Assembly (NCBI GenBank): GCA_041661685.1
Contig: JBAZTY010000002.1
Coordinates: 93,126-157,125, forward strand
DNA: 64,000 bases
DNA from: Patescibacteria group bacterium
Lineage (GTDB): Bacteria; Patescibacteriota; Patescibacteriia; Patescibacteriales; UBA12465
Direction: 5' to 3'
Part shown: one piece after another, positions 1-9,833 of the stretch
Numbering within the stretch: position 1 is the first letter of the stretch
Layout of the letters: each line of letters opens with the position of its first letter
The notes under the pieces: generated by a model
Told to the model about the DNA's origin: nothing
The model's database searches: none
What the model saw: the letters and a program-made list of their open reading frames with translations, nothing else
Made by a program: the position numbers and the translations under genes

Positions 1-1535
1 AGAAAGACTCTTACCCGAAGAAGATATTAAATAGTTTATATAAGCATACTTCCTTGCAGACAACTTTCCATCTTAATATGCTGGCGCTCGTCGACGGCAT
101 TCAGCCGAAAGTCCTGACTCTGAAGATGATTCTAGAAGAATATATCAAGCATCGCCAGGAAGTGGTTCGCCGCCGTACTCTATTCGATTTGAATAAGGCT
201 AAGGATCGCGCCCATATCTTAGAAGGGCTCATGATTGCGCTTAAGCATATTGATGAAGTCATTAAGACCATTAAGGCTTCTAAGGATAAAGAAATCGCCA
301 AGATTAATTTGATCAAGAAATTTAAGCTATCCGAAAGACAGGCCATCGCTATTCTAGAAATGCGCTTGCAAAGCTTAGCGAATCTGGAACAATTGAAGAT
401 AGAAGATGAATTGAAGGAGAAGATGAAGCTTATTAAGGAATTAGAAGCGATATTAAAATCAGTCGCTAGGATGAGAGCTATCGTCAAAGATGAATTGAAA
501 GAATTGGCTGATAAGTTCGGCGATGAACGCCGTACGACCGTCGTCGCTCATGGCATTAAGGAATTCAGCATGGAAGACTTGGTCCCGAATGAAGAGACGG
601 TCGTCATGATGACGCGCGACGGCTATATCAAGCGCTTGGAGCCGGATACTTTCAAGGTTCAGGCGAGAGGCGGCAAGGGCGTTATGGGACTGACTACTAA
701 GGAAGAAGACACGGTGGAATTTATGTTCACTTCCCAGACCCATAATGATGTCTTATTCTTCACGACCAAGGGCCGCGCTTTCCAGCTCAAGGTTTATGAA
801 ATTCCGCAAGCCTCCCGCGTCGCTAAAGGTACTCCGGTAGTTAACTTTTTACAGTTAATCGGCGGCGAGCAGGTTTCTTCTATTCTGCCGTTAGATAAAG
901 CGGTCTTCAGTAAATATCTATTCTTCGCGACGGCTCAAGGGCTCGTCAAGAAGACTGAGTTGAGCGCTTTTGCGAATGTCCGCCGTAGCGGTCTGATTGC
1001 TATCAAGATCGGTGAAGGCGATAAATTAATCTGGGTCAAGCCGACTTCAGGCAGCGATCATATTCAATTGATTACGGCTAAGGGCCAAGCGATCCGTTTC
1101 AAGGAAACCGATGTCCGCGAGATGGGCCGAGGCGCCGCTGGCGTTCATGGCATCAGATTACATAAGGACGATACACTCATCGGCGTCGGCATAGCTAAGA
1201 CCGATAAGGAAAAGAAACGCAATTATCAGATATTGACGATAATGTCGCATGGTTTTGGAAAACGCACAGAATTTTCCGCCTATAAAGTCCAGGGCCGAGG
1301 CGGCAGCGGCATCAAGACCGCGAAGGTTACCGACAAGACTGGTGATATTACTAACGCTTTCCTGGTTAATGCCGATAATATGACCGACCGCGATTTGATC
1401 ATTATTTCTGAGCAGGGACAGGTCATCCGCACTCCATTCAAATCAGTCAGCGTGCTCGGACGCGATACGCAGGGCGTGAAGATTATGAGATTTAAGGAGG
1501 AGGGCGATAAGGTTGCCGGAGTCACTTGGGTATAG
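1..1535 (+). CDS. gyrA: DNA gyrase subunit A, C-terminal ~510 aa (5' end outside window)
   Basis: The frame of nt 3 is open from the window edge (KDSYPKKILNSLYKHTSLQTTFHLNMLALVDGIQPKVLTLKMILEEYIKHRQEVVRRRT.FDLNKAKDRAHILEGL). This conserved GyrA segment is followed by repeated beta-pinwheel blades (RGGKGV, RVAKGTP, RRSGLIA, RGAAGV, RGGSGI, RDTQGV). The TTG start at 54 in the ORF track is an edge artefact. Confidence 0.92.
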   Translation, partial: KDSYPKKILNSLYKHTSLQTTFHLNMLALVDGIQPKVLTLKMILEEYIKHRQEVVRRRTLFDLNKAKDRAHILEGLMIALKHIDEVIKTIKASKDKEIAKINLIKKFKLSERQAIAILEMRLQSLANLEQLKIEDELKEKMKLIKELEAILKSVARMRAIVKDELKELADKFGDERRTTVVAHGIKEFSMEDLVPNEETVVMMTRDGYIKRLEPDTFKVQARGGKGVMGLTTKEEDTVEFMFTSQTHNDVLFFTTKGRAFQLKVYEIPQASRVAKGTPVVNFLQLIGGEQVSSILPLDKAVFSKYLFFATAQGLVKKTELSAFANVRRSGLIAIKIGEGDKLIWVKPTSGSDHIQLITAKGQAIRFKETDVREMGRGAAGVHGIRLHKDDTLIGVGIAKTDKEKKRNYQILTIMSHGFGKRTEFSAYKVQGRGGSGIKTAKVTDKTGDITNAFLVNADNMTDRDLIIISEQGQVIRTPFKSVSVLGRDTQGVKIMRFKEEGDKVAGVTWV

Positions 1536-1559
1536 CCTTTTGAAATCTAGAATAATCCC

Positions 1560-1997
1560 ATGTCAAAATTTCTAAAAGAGTTCAAAGAGTTTGCGGTTAA
1601 GGGAAATGTTGTCGATTTGGCCGTCGCGGTCATCATCGGCGGCGCTTTCGGTAAGATCGTCTCGTCTCTGGTGGCTGATATCGTTATGCCGCCGCTCGGC
1701 GTATTGATGGGCGGAGTTAATTTTTCCGATATCAAGATCGTTTTAAAAGAAGCGGTGATATCCGGAAGTATGATTGTGAAGCCTACTATAACTTTAAACA
1801 TCGGTAATTTCTTGCAGAACGTTCTTGATTTTCTCATCATCGCTTTGACCGTCTTCGTGTCCGTAAAAGTCATGAGCCGGGTGAAAAAAAGGTTGGAGCC
1901 GGCATTAAGAAGCGAAAAAGCGATTGAGGAAAAGATTGCCCCTTTAACCAAAGACCAAGAATTGTTGGCAGAAATCAGGGATTTGCTAAAGAAGTAA
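1560..1997 (+). CDS. mscL: large-conductance mechanosensitive channel
   Basis: [47 protein letters not shown] is the canonical MscL N-terminus and TM1. The protein is 145 aa with two hydrophobic helices. Confidence 0.92.
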   Translation: MSKFLKEFKEFAVKGNVVDLAVAVIIGGAFGKIVSSLVADIVMPPLGVLMGGVNFSDIKIVLKEAVISGSMIVKPTITLNIGNFLQNVLDFLIIALTVFVSVKVMSRVKKRLEPALRSEKAIEEKIAPLTKDQELLAEIRDLLKK

Positions 1998-2024
1998 AAA
2001 TAGTTTTATATAAGATATTTTATA

Positions 2025-2052
2025 AAAATCAGCTGAAATTAGCTGATTTTTT
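2025..2052 (+). terminator. rho-independent terminator after mscL
   Basis: Perfect 10-bp stem aaaatcagct / agctgatttt (2025-2034 and 2041-2050), 6-nt loop, running into a T tract. Confidence 0.7.
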
Positions 2053-2200
2053 AGTTAAACTTAAAGAGGTTCTAGAGATTAATAAGTCATATTTACAATT
2101 AGCTTGATAAGTGGTAAGGTGTTTTGAAACGTAAACGCTCTTTAATAATATTCATCGCGAAATATTGATATTAACTGAATACTAACCAATTTTGTGAGTC

Positions 2201-2749
2201 ATGAAAAAGTTCGTAATCTTTCTAGTTGTGGTTTCTGTAGCCATGGCTGGGTTTAGTCAAGAAAAAAAAGAGCTCCTGGAGCTCGTTTCTGGTCCGGAGG
2301 GAATATCTATAGATTCTTTGGATGGTCAAGAAACCATCCTTAAATCTAAAGAAATCTATTCATTTATTAATTCCAAATTCCAAGAATGGGGCTTAGATCA
2401 GCCTAGCCCTCCGACTGGCAAGACAATAGTGGATGTCTATAAGCTTAAGGGCGACGCGACCTTTGCCGAGGTCTTTGCTTCCATCTCTGGTGCTAAAGGA
2501 GAAAGAACTCTCTCTCAAGCGCAGATTAATAATTTTTCCAAGAATCATCAAGAATTATCGTCTCGCTTAGAAGACCAATTGTTCTTTTTCTTTCAGGCTA
2601 ATGGTGAATATTGGGTTGCCAGTCTATGTGTTCGTAGCACTGGCCGTCCGACTATCAGCCCATTGAAACTATCATACGATAGGTCGTGGCACCCAAGTGT
2701 CGAACCTGAAATCAATTTCTATTTCGTGATACCGCGCTGCTTAAAATAG
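2201..2749 (+). CDS. hypothetical secreted protein
   Basis: 182-aa ORF with an N-terminal signal-like segment MKKFVIFLVVVSVAMAGFSQ. No recognisable catalytic motif. Confidence 0.6.
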   Translation: MKKFVIFLVVVSVAMAGFSQEKKELLELVSGPEGISIDSLDGQETILKSKEIYSFINSKFQEWGLDQPSPPTGKTIVDVYKLKGDATFAEVFASISGAKGERTLSQAQINNFSKNHQELSSRLEDQLFFFFQANGEYWVASLCVRSTGRPTISPLKLSYDRSWHPSVEPEINFYFVIPRCLK

Positions 2750-2779
2750 CCGGAAAAACACGAAGCATCTCTTTAAAAT

Positions 2780-2806
2780 CCTCTGTAAAAAAACAGGGGG
2801 TTTTTT
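2780..2806 (+). terminator. probable rho-independent terminator
   Basis: Stem cctctg / cagggg (one U-G pair) with an A-rich loop, followed by T6 (2801-2806). Confidence 0.45.
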
Positions 2807-2856
2807 ATATTTTGTCAACTTTAAAAAAGTCAGGAGTTGAGCTATAATCTAGGTAT

Positions 2857-3978
2857 ATGAATAATTATTTAATCTATTTTTTGTTGATAATTCTGACAGC
2901 CGGGCTGGCTGTCGTAATCGCCCTGCTGTTGAAGAAAAAAGATGGTACTGATAGCGGCAAGCTAGACGCTCTAGCCGAACGCTTAATTCAGCAATCAGAA
3001 AAATTATCGCATCTATCCCAGCAGAACGGCGAATTGCGCGGCGAACTAGATAGGAAGTTATCGGAAACGCATCGAGCGAACCAGGAACAATTCGGTCAGA
3101 CCGCTAAGATTGTTCAGAATATTACCTCGCAATCAGCCAAGCTCATTGCTGACGTGACCGAGAAGCTGACTAAGCTCGATGAGACCAATAAACAGGTCGT
3201 TAATTTTTCTTCCCAGCTGCAGAATTTGCAGGATATCCTTAAGAATCCGAAGCAGCGCGGTGTGCTCGGTGAATATTTTCTGGAAGAGACTTTGAAGAAT
3301 GTCTTACCCCCGGGTTCTTATGAGATGCAGTATAAGATGGGTAAGGACGAAAAGACCGGCAAAGACCTGATTGTCGATGCGGTCGTTTTCGTCAAGGATA
3401 AAGTCATTCCGATCGATGCGAAATTCTCGCTCGAGAATTATGAGCGCATTTTGAACGCGACCGATTCGGAAACGCGGGAAAAAATGGAACAGGAATTTAA
3501 GAAAGATCTTAAGAACAGAATTGATGAGACCGCTAAATACGTCTTGCCAGAAAGAAAGACCATGGAGTTTGCTTTCATGTTTATTCCTTCAGAGGCAATC
3601 TATTACGATTTGCTCGTTAATAAGGTCGGTGCGGTCAAGGTTAATACTCGCGATTTGATTGAATATGCTTTCCGTGATAAGAAGGTCATCATCGTTTCGC
3701 CAACCTCTTTCCTGGCTTATCTGCAGACCGTCCTTCAGGGCTTAAAAGCGATGCAGATTGAAGAGAAGGCCATGGAGATAAGGGATAATATTGAGAAATT
3801 AGGCAAGCATATGGCTGGCTATGACGAATTTATCAAGAAATTAGGGACAAGCTTATCGACGACAGTCAATCATTATAATAACGCTTCGGCCGAATTTAAG
3901 AAGATCGATAAGGATGTAATGAAGATCACTGGTGGGAAAAGCGAGATTGAAGTTTTAACGATCGAGCGTCCAAAATAA
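2857..3978 (+). CDS. rmuC: DNA recombination protein RmuC
   Basis: N-terminal TM helix and long coiled coil, then the RmuC nuclease-like core (QRGVLGEYFLEETLKNVLPPGSYEMQY .. DAVVFVKDKVIPIDAKFSLENY .. FMFIPSEAIYY). Confidence 0.85.
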   Translation: MNNYLIYFLLIILTAGLAVVIALLLKKKDGTDSGKLDALAERLIQQSEKLSHLSQQNGELRGELDRKLSETHRANQEQFGQTAKIVQNITSQSAKLIADVTEKLTKLDETNKQVVNFSSQLQNLQDILKNPKQRGVLGEYFLEETLKNVLPPGSYEMQYKMGKDEKTGKDLIVDAVVFVKDKVIPIDAKFSLENYERILNATDSETREKMEQEFKKDLKNRIDETAKYVLPERKTMEFAFMFIPSEAIYYDLLVNKVGAVKVNTRDLIEYAFRDKKVIIVSPTSFLAYLQTVLQGLKAMQIEEKAMEIRDNIEKLGKHMAGYDEFIKKLGTSLSTTVNHYNNASAEFKKIDKDVMKITGGKSEIEVLTIERPK

Positions 3979-4013
3979 AGACAGCTAATTTAAAAATTGA
4001 TAAAGCGCCTATC

Positions 4014-4913
4014 ATGCCGGAGTATGAGATAAATAATAATAGATTGAGAGAAGCAGTCATCAGAGTGATTGTTTTCTTCGATTTGTTCGATTATCCTCTG
4101 ACGTCCTACGAAATTTGGGAGCAACTGGATAAAAGAGGGGAATTGACGGAAGTTATAGATCTCTTGAAAGAAGAAATATCTAAATCCATCGCAGTTATCA
4201 ATAGTAAGAACGGCTTTTATTTTTTATCCGGCCGGGATGTTATTATAGCTATAAGGCAAGCGCGCCATAATTACGGCGCTCGGAAAATAAAAATCGCTCG
4301 CCGTTTTGTGCGCCTTTTTTCTTTGCTGCCGGCGGTTAAGATGATTGCGCTAGCTAATTCTCTCGGTCAGAATAATCTGCGCGACGGCAGCGATATTGAT
4401 TTTTTTATAATAAGTTCACCGCGCCGCATCTGGCTGACGCGCTTGTATTGTACCGGTCTGGCTAAGCTCCTGAATCGCCGGCCGCACGCGGAAAACAAGA
4501 AGGATAAGATCTGCTTAAGTTTTTATGCCGCCGCTGATCATCTCTGTCTAGATGACTTGCGCCTCGAAGGTGAAGACCCCTATTTCGATTATTGGCGTCG
4601 TTCTCTGGTTTTATTGTATAATAAGGATAAGACTTATGAACGTTTTTTGGAAGCGAACGGCTTAGCTTCTAAAATATTAGCGACTGAACCGAAAATATTT
4701 GTAAAGTCTAGGATGTTTTTAGATAAATTGGAATTTCTCGCTAAGAAAATCCAACTGGCTATTATGCCTGAAGAACTGAGGTCGGTTATGAATAACTCTG
4801 ACGGCGTGGTCATCAATGATTCAATCTTAAAACTTTATCGGCGCGATCGACGCCGGGAATACGCAGAAAAATATGGAAACAAAGTTGACAAAATCCTTAA
4901 AGAAGATAATTGA
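4014..4913 (+). CDS. hypothetical protein with Pol-beta-type nucleotidyltransferase-like motif
   Basis: 299-aa ORF. LANSLGQNNLRDGSDIDFFIISS resembles the hG[GS]..x..D.D signature of minimal nucleotidyltransferases. No other motif recognised. Confidence 0.5.
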   Translation: MPEYEINNNRLREAVIRVIVFFDLFDYPLTSYEIWEQLDKRGELTEVIDLLKEEISKSIAVINSKNGFYFLSGRDVIIAIRQARHNYGARKIKIARRFVRLFSLLPAVKMIALANSLGQNNLRDGSDIDFFIISSPRRIWLTRLYCTGLAKLLNRRPHAENKKDKICLSFYAAADHLCLDDLRLEGEDPYFDYWRRSLVLLYNKDKTYERFLEANGLASKILATEPKIFVKSRMFLDKLEFLAKKIQLAIMPEELRSVMNNSDGVVINDSILKLYRRDRRREYAEKYGNKVDKILKEDN

Positions 4914-6174
4914 GTATTCTTTCTATTTTTTTGTCTTTCTTTTTCCTTGGCAGACCAAGCTGATTTTACGATCGGCGGATATTAATTTCAACGAAATCAG
5001 CCTCTATGTCAGTCATCTCCTGCTTTTAGCCATCCTGATTATCTTTTTCGTTTATAAGATCAAACGTCCGGAAAGCTCCGGCCCGATTTCTTGGCTTTGG
5101 TGGGCTCTCGCCGGTTTAGAGATCGCCGTGCTCGTATCTTTTTTCGTCGCCCCTGATCAGGTTTTGGCTTTTTATCACTATCTCCTCTTCTTGATGGGAG
5201 TCGGGGTCTTTTATCTGCTAAGAGAGGGGACGGAAAGCTTTGGTTATGAGAATAAATTTTTTGATAGGATTAAAATAGTCTATGCTTTCCTGGCTAGTAT
5301 CTTTCTCCAGTCCTTGCTTGGCATCTATCAATTCTTGAGTCAGAGCACCATTGTTTCTAAATATTTAGGCTTAGCCGCTCATAATCCGGAAGTAGCGGGC
5401 ACAGCCGTAATCGAGACCGCCTCCGGACGCTGGCTGAGAGTCTATGGCGGCATGGATCATCCGAATATCTTCGGCGGAGTCTTAGCCATAACCTTAATAT
5501 TGGCCGCCTATCTCTTAGCGAAGAAGAAGATAATCAGGACTAAGCAAGAAATCGGGGAGTCTATCTTCCTATTTGTCTTTTATTTTGTGTCTCTCTTCGC
5601 TTTATTCTTTACCTTTTCCAGAACCGCTTGGATTGCTTGCGCCGTCGGCTTAGCTGTTCTTCTAGTGAGCTTATTATTGCAGAAAGACCGCTGGGTGCTC
5701 GGCCGCTATTTAGCTTTGATATTCTTTTCCGGCGTCATGCTTTTCATCGTCGCCTATCCCTATCAATCTTTATTGCAAGTTCGTATCCAAGGCGAAACAC
5801 GCTTGGAACAGAAATCCCTGAATGAGCGCCGCGACTATCTATGGCAATCGAAGGACCTAATCGCGGGGCATTTTTTCACTGGCGTCGGCGTCGGCAATTA
5901 TCCTTTATTTTTAGAGCGGGCGGATGGCTATCAGAAGGCGGTTTGGGATTATCAGCCGGTCCATAATTGTTTTTTGCTCCTTTGGGCGGAGTGCGGCGTC
6001 TTCTCTCTGATTTTTTTCGTCTCCTTTTTAGCGATTATGGCTAAAAAAAATCGCCACGCGGTTTTTTCCGGGGCGATTTTAGCGACGCTGATAGTTATTA
6101 TGCTTCTAGATCATTGGCTCTTAAGCTTGCCTTTCGGCTTGCTGTTCTTATTCTTCATTCTCGGGCTTATCTGA
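4873..6174 (+). CDS. O-antigen ligase (Wzy_C) family polytopic membrane protein
   Basis: About 10-12 hydrophobic helices. FTFSRTAWIACAVGL and the following loop match the O-antigen ligase/Wzy_C pattern (SR.aw). Overlaps the upstream gene by 41 nt. Confidence 0.7.
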   Translation: METKLTKSLKKIIEYSFYFFVFLFPWQTKLILRSADINFNEISLYVSHLLLLAILIIFFVYKIKRPESSGPISWLWWALAGLEIAVLVSFFVAPDQVLAFYHYLLFLMGVGVFYLLREGTESFGYENKFFDRIKIVYAFLASIFLQSLLGIYQFLSQSTIVSKYLGLAAHNPEVAGTAVIETASGRWLRVYGGMDHPNIFGGVLAITLILAAYLLAKKKIIRTKQEIGESIFLFVFYFVSLFALFFTFSRTAWIACAVGLAVLLVSLLLQKDRWVLGRYLALIFFSGVMLFIVAYPYQSLLQVRIQGETRLEQKSLNERRDYLWQSKDLIAGHFFTGVGVGNYPLFLERADGYQKAVWDYQPVHNCFLLLWAECGVFSLIFFVSFLAIMAKKNRHAVFSGAILATLIVIMLLDHWLLSLPFGLLFLFFILGLI

Positions 6175-6425
6175 TTAGGGTTTATCTGAGAACGGAGGTT
6201 GATTTCGTAATTTTTCTGTAAGAACATCAAGTCATTCTCTAAGTTATTTAGTGTCTTATTTAAGACGGCAGCATTATCGCAGCCGTCTTTTTTAATCTGC
6301 TGTTTAAGCAAGTTGAGGACGGTCGCGATGGTGCCGAAATAATCATCGCTTCGGACATGGAACTTGACGCTCGCTTCGTCTTTAAGGAGATGCAGGATTG
6401 GGGTTAGCTGATATTTCTTGTTCAT
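6111..6425 (-). CDS. hypothetical small protein
   Basis: 104-aa ORF occupying the only gap between two membrane-protein genes. The N-terminal two thirds look protein-like. The Lys-rich tail overlaps the convergent gene end. Confidence 0.35.
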   Translation of the reverse strand: MNKKYQLTPILHLLKDEASVKFHVRSDDYFGTIATVLNLLKQQIKKDGCDNAAVLNKTLNNLENDLMFLQKNYEINLRSQINPNQISPRMKNKNSKPKGKLKSQ

Positions 6426-6434
6426 ATTTATTTT

Positions 6435-7664
6435 TTAGTTGCCATTCCAATTAACCTTTTTCCAGATGGCAGCGAAAATTATCACCTGGAGTGAGGCTAA
6501 TAATAATGGGGATATTTTTAGAGCAAATTTATCAGAAATTCCTATTGCGAGCGCCAGAAATAACAATAATCCGATTATTCTTCCAGTATTCAAGAATACT
6601 TCATTATCAACAATCAAAGCATATTTTTCGCTGGGGTGGGCGCTCAATTCTTTGTCCATGACATCCAGTTGCCACGTATCAATAGTCAATTCGTAAAAAG
6701 CAATCGGCAGATTAGCTAAGAGAACATATATTAATATCGGAGCATTTCCTCCTAAGAATAGGAGGATTCCTAAGGCTAGGGATATCAATAGAGAGGCTAA
6801 GAATACTGGACCGCGGTGATGCTGCTTAGCTAGGCGGCCATATAAATAATAGAGGATGATCGAAAACAAACTGACAGCCGCTCCGATAGTACCCAGTATT
6901 CCTTCTTTTCCTAAGAAATACAAGATTAATAGAGTGCAAATCAGGGAATTCGTGCCCTCGAGTATGCCAATCGATATGTTAGCCAGTCTGACCGAAATCC
7001 ATTTTCGCGATATGGATAACCGCCATATATCCTTGATTACCGGAGAATCGAATTTCATGCCCAAGAGGATATACCCGGCAAAAAAGATGGCAATCAAAGC
7101 AAAGATAGTGACTGAGACATATGCTGAAGTTGGAGAGTACAGTCCGCTGATATCGGCAAAAGCGATTATCCATCCAATCAAGAAAGAAACGAAGATCTTA
7201 ATGACTGAATTAGCAATTGACGCTATGCTGAAAAAATAATTGCGTGCCGTCGAATTAGTTTCTTGGAAAGTCAGATAATTTCGGCTTGCCCAATAGATGC
7301 CGCCGCCCATTCCAGAGATTAGACCGTAGGCGAATAATTGGAGCCAGCCGAAATTATGGAAGAAAATGACAGAAACTGTTCCAAGCATCGCTAAGAATAA
7401 GCCGATAAGGTGAGTATGGGTGATCGGCAGTTTCTTTAGTAGTTTACCATTAATGCAGAAGCCTATAGGCAGGGAGAAAAACATTCCTAAATTATAGATG
7501 ATAGCCGTCTCGACAGACGAAGTCATCCTCCAAATATAGGCGTTGAGGAATAAGGCCAGTATCGGCGAGGTTACGGCGCGCAGGTTGTAAGATAAGATTA
7601 GCAAGTGTGCTTTATGTGGCAACGATCTATAATGCTCTAATTCTTTTTTAAGAAAATTTTTCAT
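6435..7664 (-). CDS. multi-pass membrane transporter (MFS-like)
   Basis: 409 aa and about 11-12 predicted hydrophobic helices in two halves. No specific signature recognised. Confidence 0.55.
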   Translation of the reverse strand: MKNFLKKELEHYRSLPHKAHLLILSYNLRAVTSPILALFLNAYIWRMTSSVETAIIYNLGMFFSLPIGFCINGKLLKKLPITHTHLIGLFLAMLGTVSVIFFHNFGWLQLFAYGLISGMGGGIYWASRNYLTFQETNSTARNYFFSIASIANSVIKIFVSFLIGWIIAFADISGLYSPTSAYVSVTIFALIAIFFAGYILLGMKFDSPVIKDIWRLSISRKWISVRLANISIGILEGTNSLICTLLILYFLGKEGILGTIGAAVSLFSIILYYLYGRLAKQHHRGPVFLASLLISLALGILLFLGGNAPILIYVLLANLPIAFYELTIDTWQLDVMDKELSAHPSEKYALIVDNEVFLNTGRIIGLLLFLALAIGISDKFALKISPLLLASLQVIIFAAIWKKVNWNGN

Positions 7665-7690
7665 GCGGTTATCTTAGTCTTTATCTGAAA

Positions 7691-7718
7691 AATAAAAACC
7701 CGAAAGATTTTTTTCGGG
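7691..7718 (-). terminator. rho-independent terminator downstream of radC
   Basis: Stem cccgaaa / tttcggg (7699-7705 and 7712-7718). On the minus strand it is followed by tttttatt. Confidence 0.6.
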
Positions 7719-7736
7719 AATTTTTATTTTTTTAAT

Positions 7737-8453
7737 TCAAATAATGCTGGCGAATTTTCCTTTGCCGATAATTAGGTGATCTAAGACCTCGATATCTAAG
7801 ATGTTTCCAGCCTCAATCAGCTTGTTAGTGATCTCGACATCAGCCTTGGTCGCCTTGATAACGCCGGATGGGTGGTTGTGGGCGATGATGATGGCGGCGG
7901 CAGAATATTCTAAAGCCGGCCGGAAGACTTCGCGGGCGTTGACGAGCGAAGCATCAAGCGTACCGATAGAGATGACTTCGTCGTGGATCAGCTGGTAATG
8001 CGTATTGAGATAAAGGCCGCGGAATTGCTCCTTATTAAGGCTGCCCATGTCTTTGAGATATTCAAAAGCCTGTTTCGCAGTCCTGATGGTGATCGATCCG
8101 CCCGGTTTTTTCTGATAGAAGCGGCGGCCGAGTTCAAAGCAGGCGACAATTTGGCAAGCTTTCGTTAAAGGAATTTTCAGGTCGCGCTCAATAATACTTG
8201 GATCTTTCTGATAGGCGATGCCTTTTTCGCCATATTCGCGGAGCAGACGGTTAGACATGGAGAAGACTTCTTCTTTTTTCGTACCGACGCTTAGGATGAT
8301 GGCTAAAAGTTCGGCGGAACTGAGAGCGCCAGCGCCCTCTTTCACTAATTTTTCGCGCGGCTTTTCATCTTCGGCCATGTCTTTGACGCGCAAGATCTTA
8401 TACTGTTTGCCATGGTTCAGGACGAAATTGCGGTCGCTTATCTTGTAAGGCAT
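7737..8453 (-). CDS. radC: RadC-like JAB-domain protein
   Basis: N-terminal HhH-like region (EKLVKEGAGALSSAELLAIIL) and a C-terminal JAB/MPN domain with AHNHPSG. Confidence 0.9.
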   Translation of the reverse strand: MPYKISDRNFVLNHGKQYKILRVKDMAEDEKPREKLVKEGAGALSSAELLAIILSVGTKKEEVFSMSNRLLREYGEKGIAYQKDPSIIERDLKIPLTKACQIVACFELGRRFYQKKPGGSITIRTAKQAFEYLKDMGSLNKEQFRGLYLNTHYQLIHDEVISIGTLDASLVNAREVFRPALEYSAAAIIIAHNHPSGVIKATKADVEITNKLIEAGNILDIEVLDHLIIGKGKFASII

Positions 8454-8566
8454 AATCTTTTCAAATTAATGATGATTAATAGGTTTCCCTTGCTTTAAAT
8501 TATATCAAAGATGTGGTAAATTTAAAACACGAGAATGCCTTAATTTCTAAAATTCCTAGTAATTAT

Positions 8567-9832
8567 ATGAATAAATATAAAGTTAATATTCTGTCAAATA
8601 AGATTCCGTTGATCACTGTGCCGATAAAAGGCGCGCCAACCGCGACTGCTCTGGTCATAATCAAGACCGGCTCTAAATATGAGACTACGGAAAATAACGG
8701 CATATCCCATTTTCTGGAGCACATGTTTTTTAAAGGAACAGCCAAGCGTCCGAGCACCTTGGTTTTGTCCAGCGAGCTCGATTCTCTCGGCGGGGAATAC
8801 AACGCTTTTACGGCTAAGGAGTTTACGGGTTATTGGGTGAAGGTAGCGGCGCCGAAATTGCCGGAAGCTTTAGATATCGTGAGTGATATGCTCCTGAACT
8901 CGAAAATATTGCCGGAAGAGATTGAAAGAGAGAAGGGCGTCATCATCGAGGAATTGAATATGTATGAGGATAATCCGATGATGCATGTCGAGGATGTCTT
9001 CGAGTCCGTTCTTTATGGCGATACTCCGGCCGGCTGGGAAACTATCGGCACTAAGAAGAATATTTCCGGTTTCAAGCATGCTGATTTCATAAAATATCTG
9101 GAAACGCAATATGGCGCCAGATCGATGTATGTCGTCCTCGTCGGCGGCATCAAAGCTGAAGCTAAGAAAGAGGCTATCAAGATGTTTTCTAAATTTAAAG
9201 CGAATAAATGGCAGGATAAGCCGGCAGTTAAGGAAAATCAGAGGGTGCCACAGATGAGAATTGTCTATAAGAAGACTGACCAAGTCAATTTATCCCTCGG
9301 CGTCCGCGCGCTTCCAATCGGGCATCCAGATGAATTTAAGATCAAGCTGCTGTCCATAATTCTCGGTGGTTCGATGAGCTCGCGTTTATTTATAAATCTG
9401 CGCGAACGCAACGGCTTAGCTTATTATGTCCGCACTATGAATGAGAATTATACCGATTCCGGCTATTTGACGACGCAAGCCGGCGTGCCGGTTGCTAAGA
9501 CTGAGGCGGCTATCAAGATTATTCTGGCAGAGTATAAGAAATTGACGACCGAGCTCGTCGGCGCGAAAGAGTTGAAGCGCGCTAAAGACTTATTGCAAGG
9601 CAAATCGCTGTTGCAGATGGAAGCGACGGATAATCTCGCGACCTGGTATGCCCGTCAGGCGGTTTTACGTAAAAAGATGCTGACTCCAGGAGAATTCTTG
9701 AAGCAGATAAACAAAGTAACCGCGAATGATTTGCGCGCCGTCGCCAAGAAGATATTCGTTAACCATAATCTGAATCTAGCCGTAATCGGAAAAGTGAAAG
9801 CGGAGAAGTTTGCCAACCTTTTGAAGCTTTAA
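8567..9832 (+). CDS. M16 (pitrilysin) family zinc peptidase
   Basis: Inverted zinc motif HFLEHMFFKGT (HxxEH) and the two-domain M16 length. The ATG at 8567 is preferred over the GTG at 8513 given in the ORF track. Confidence 0.85.
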   Translation: MNKYKVNILSNKIPLITVPIKGAPTATALVIIKTGSKYETTENNGISHFLEHMFFKGTAKRPSTLVLSSELDSLGGEYNAFTAKEFTGYWVKVAAPKLPEALDIVSDMLLNSKILPEEIEREKGVIIEELNMYEDNPMMHVEDVFESVLYGDTPAGWETIGTKKNISGFKHADFIKYLETQYGARSMYVVLVGGIKAEAKKEAIKMFSKFKANKWQDKPAVKENQRVPQMRIVYKKTDQVNLSLGVRALPIGHPDEFKIKLLSIILGGSMSSRLFINLRERNGLAYYVRTMNENYTDSGYLTTQAGVPVAKTEAAIKIILAEYKKLTTELVGAKELKRAKDLLQGKSLLQMEATDNLATWYARQAVLRKKMLTPGEFLKQINKVTANDLRAVAKKIFVNHNLNLAVIGKVKAEKFANLLKL

Positions 9833-9833
9833 T

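Noticed and set aside
1547-1951. 134-aa minus-strand ORF opposite mscL, and similar antisense ORFs opposite gyrA, rpsU, secD and ftsZ
   Set aside because: The sense-strand genes are recognised with high confidence. The antisense products have no motifs.
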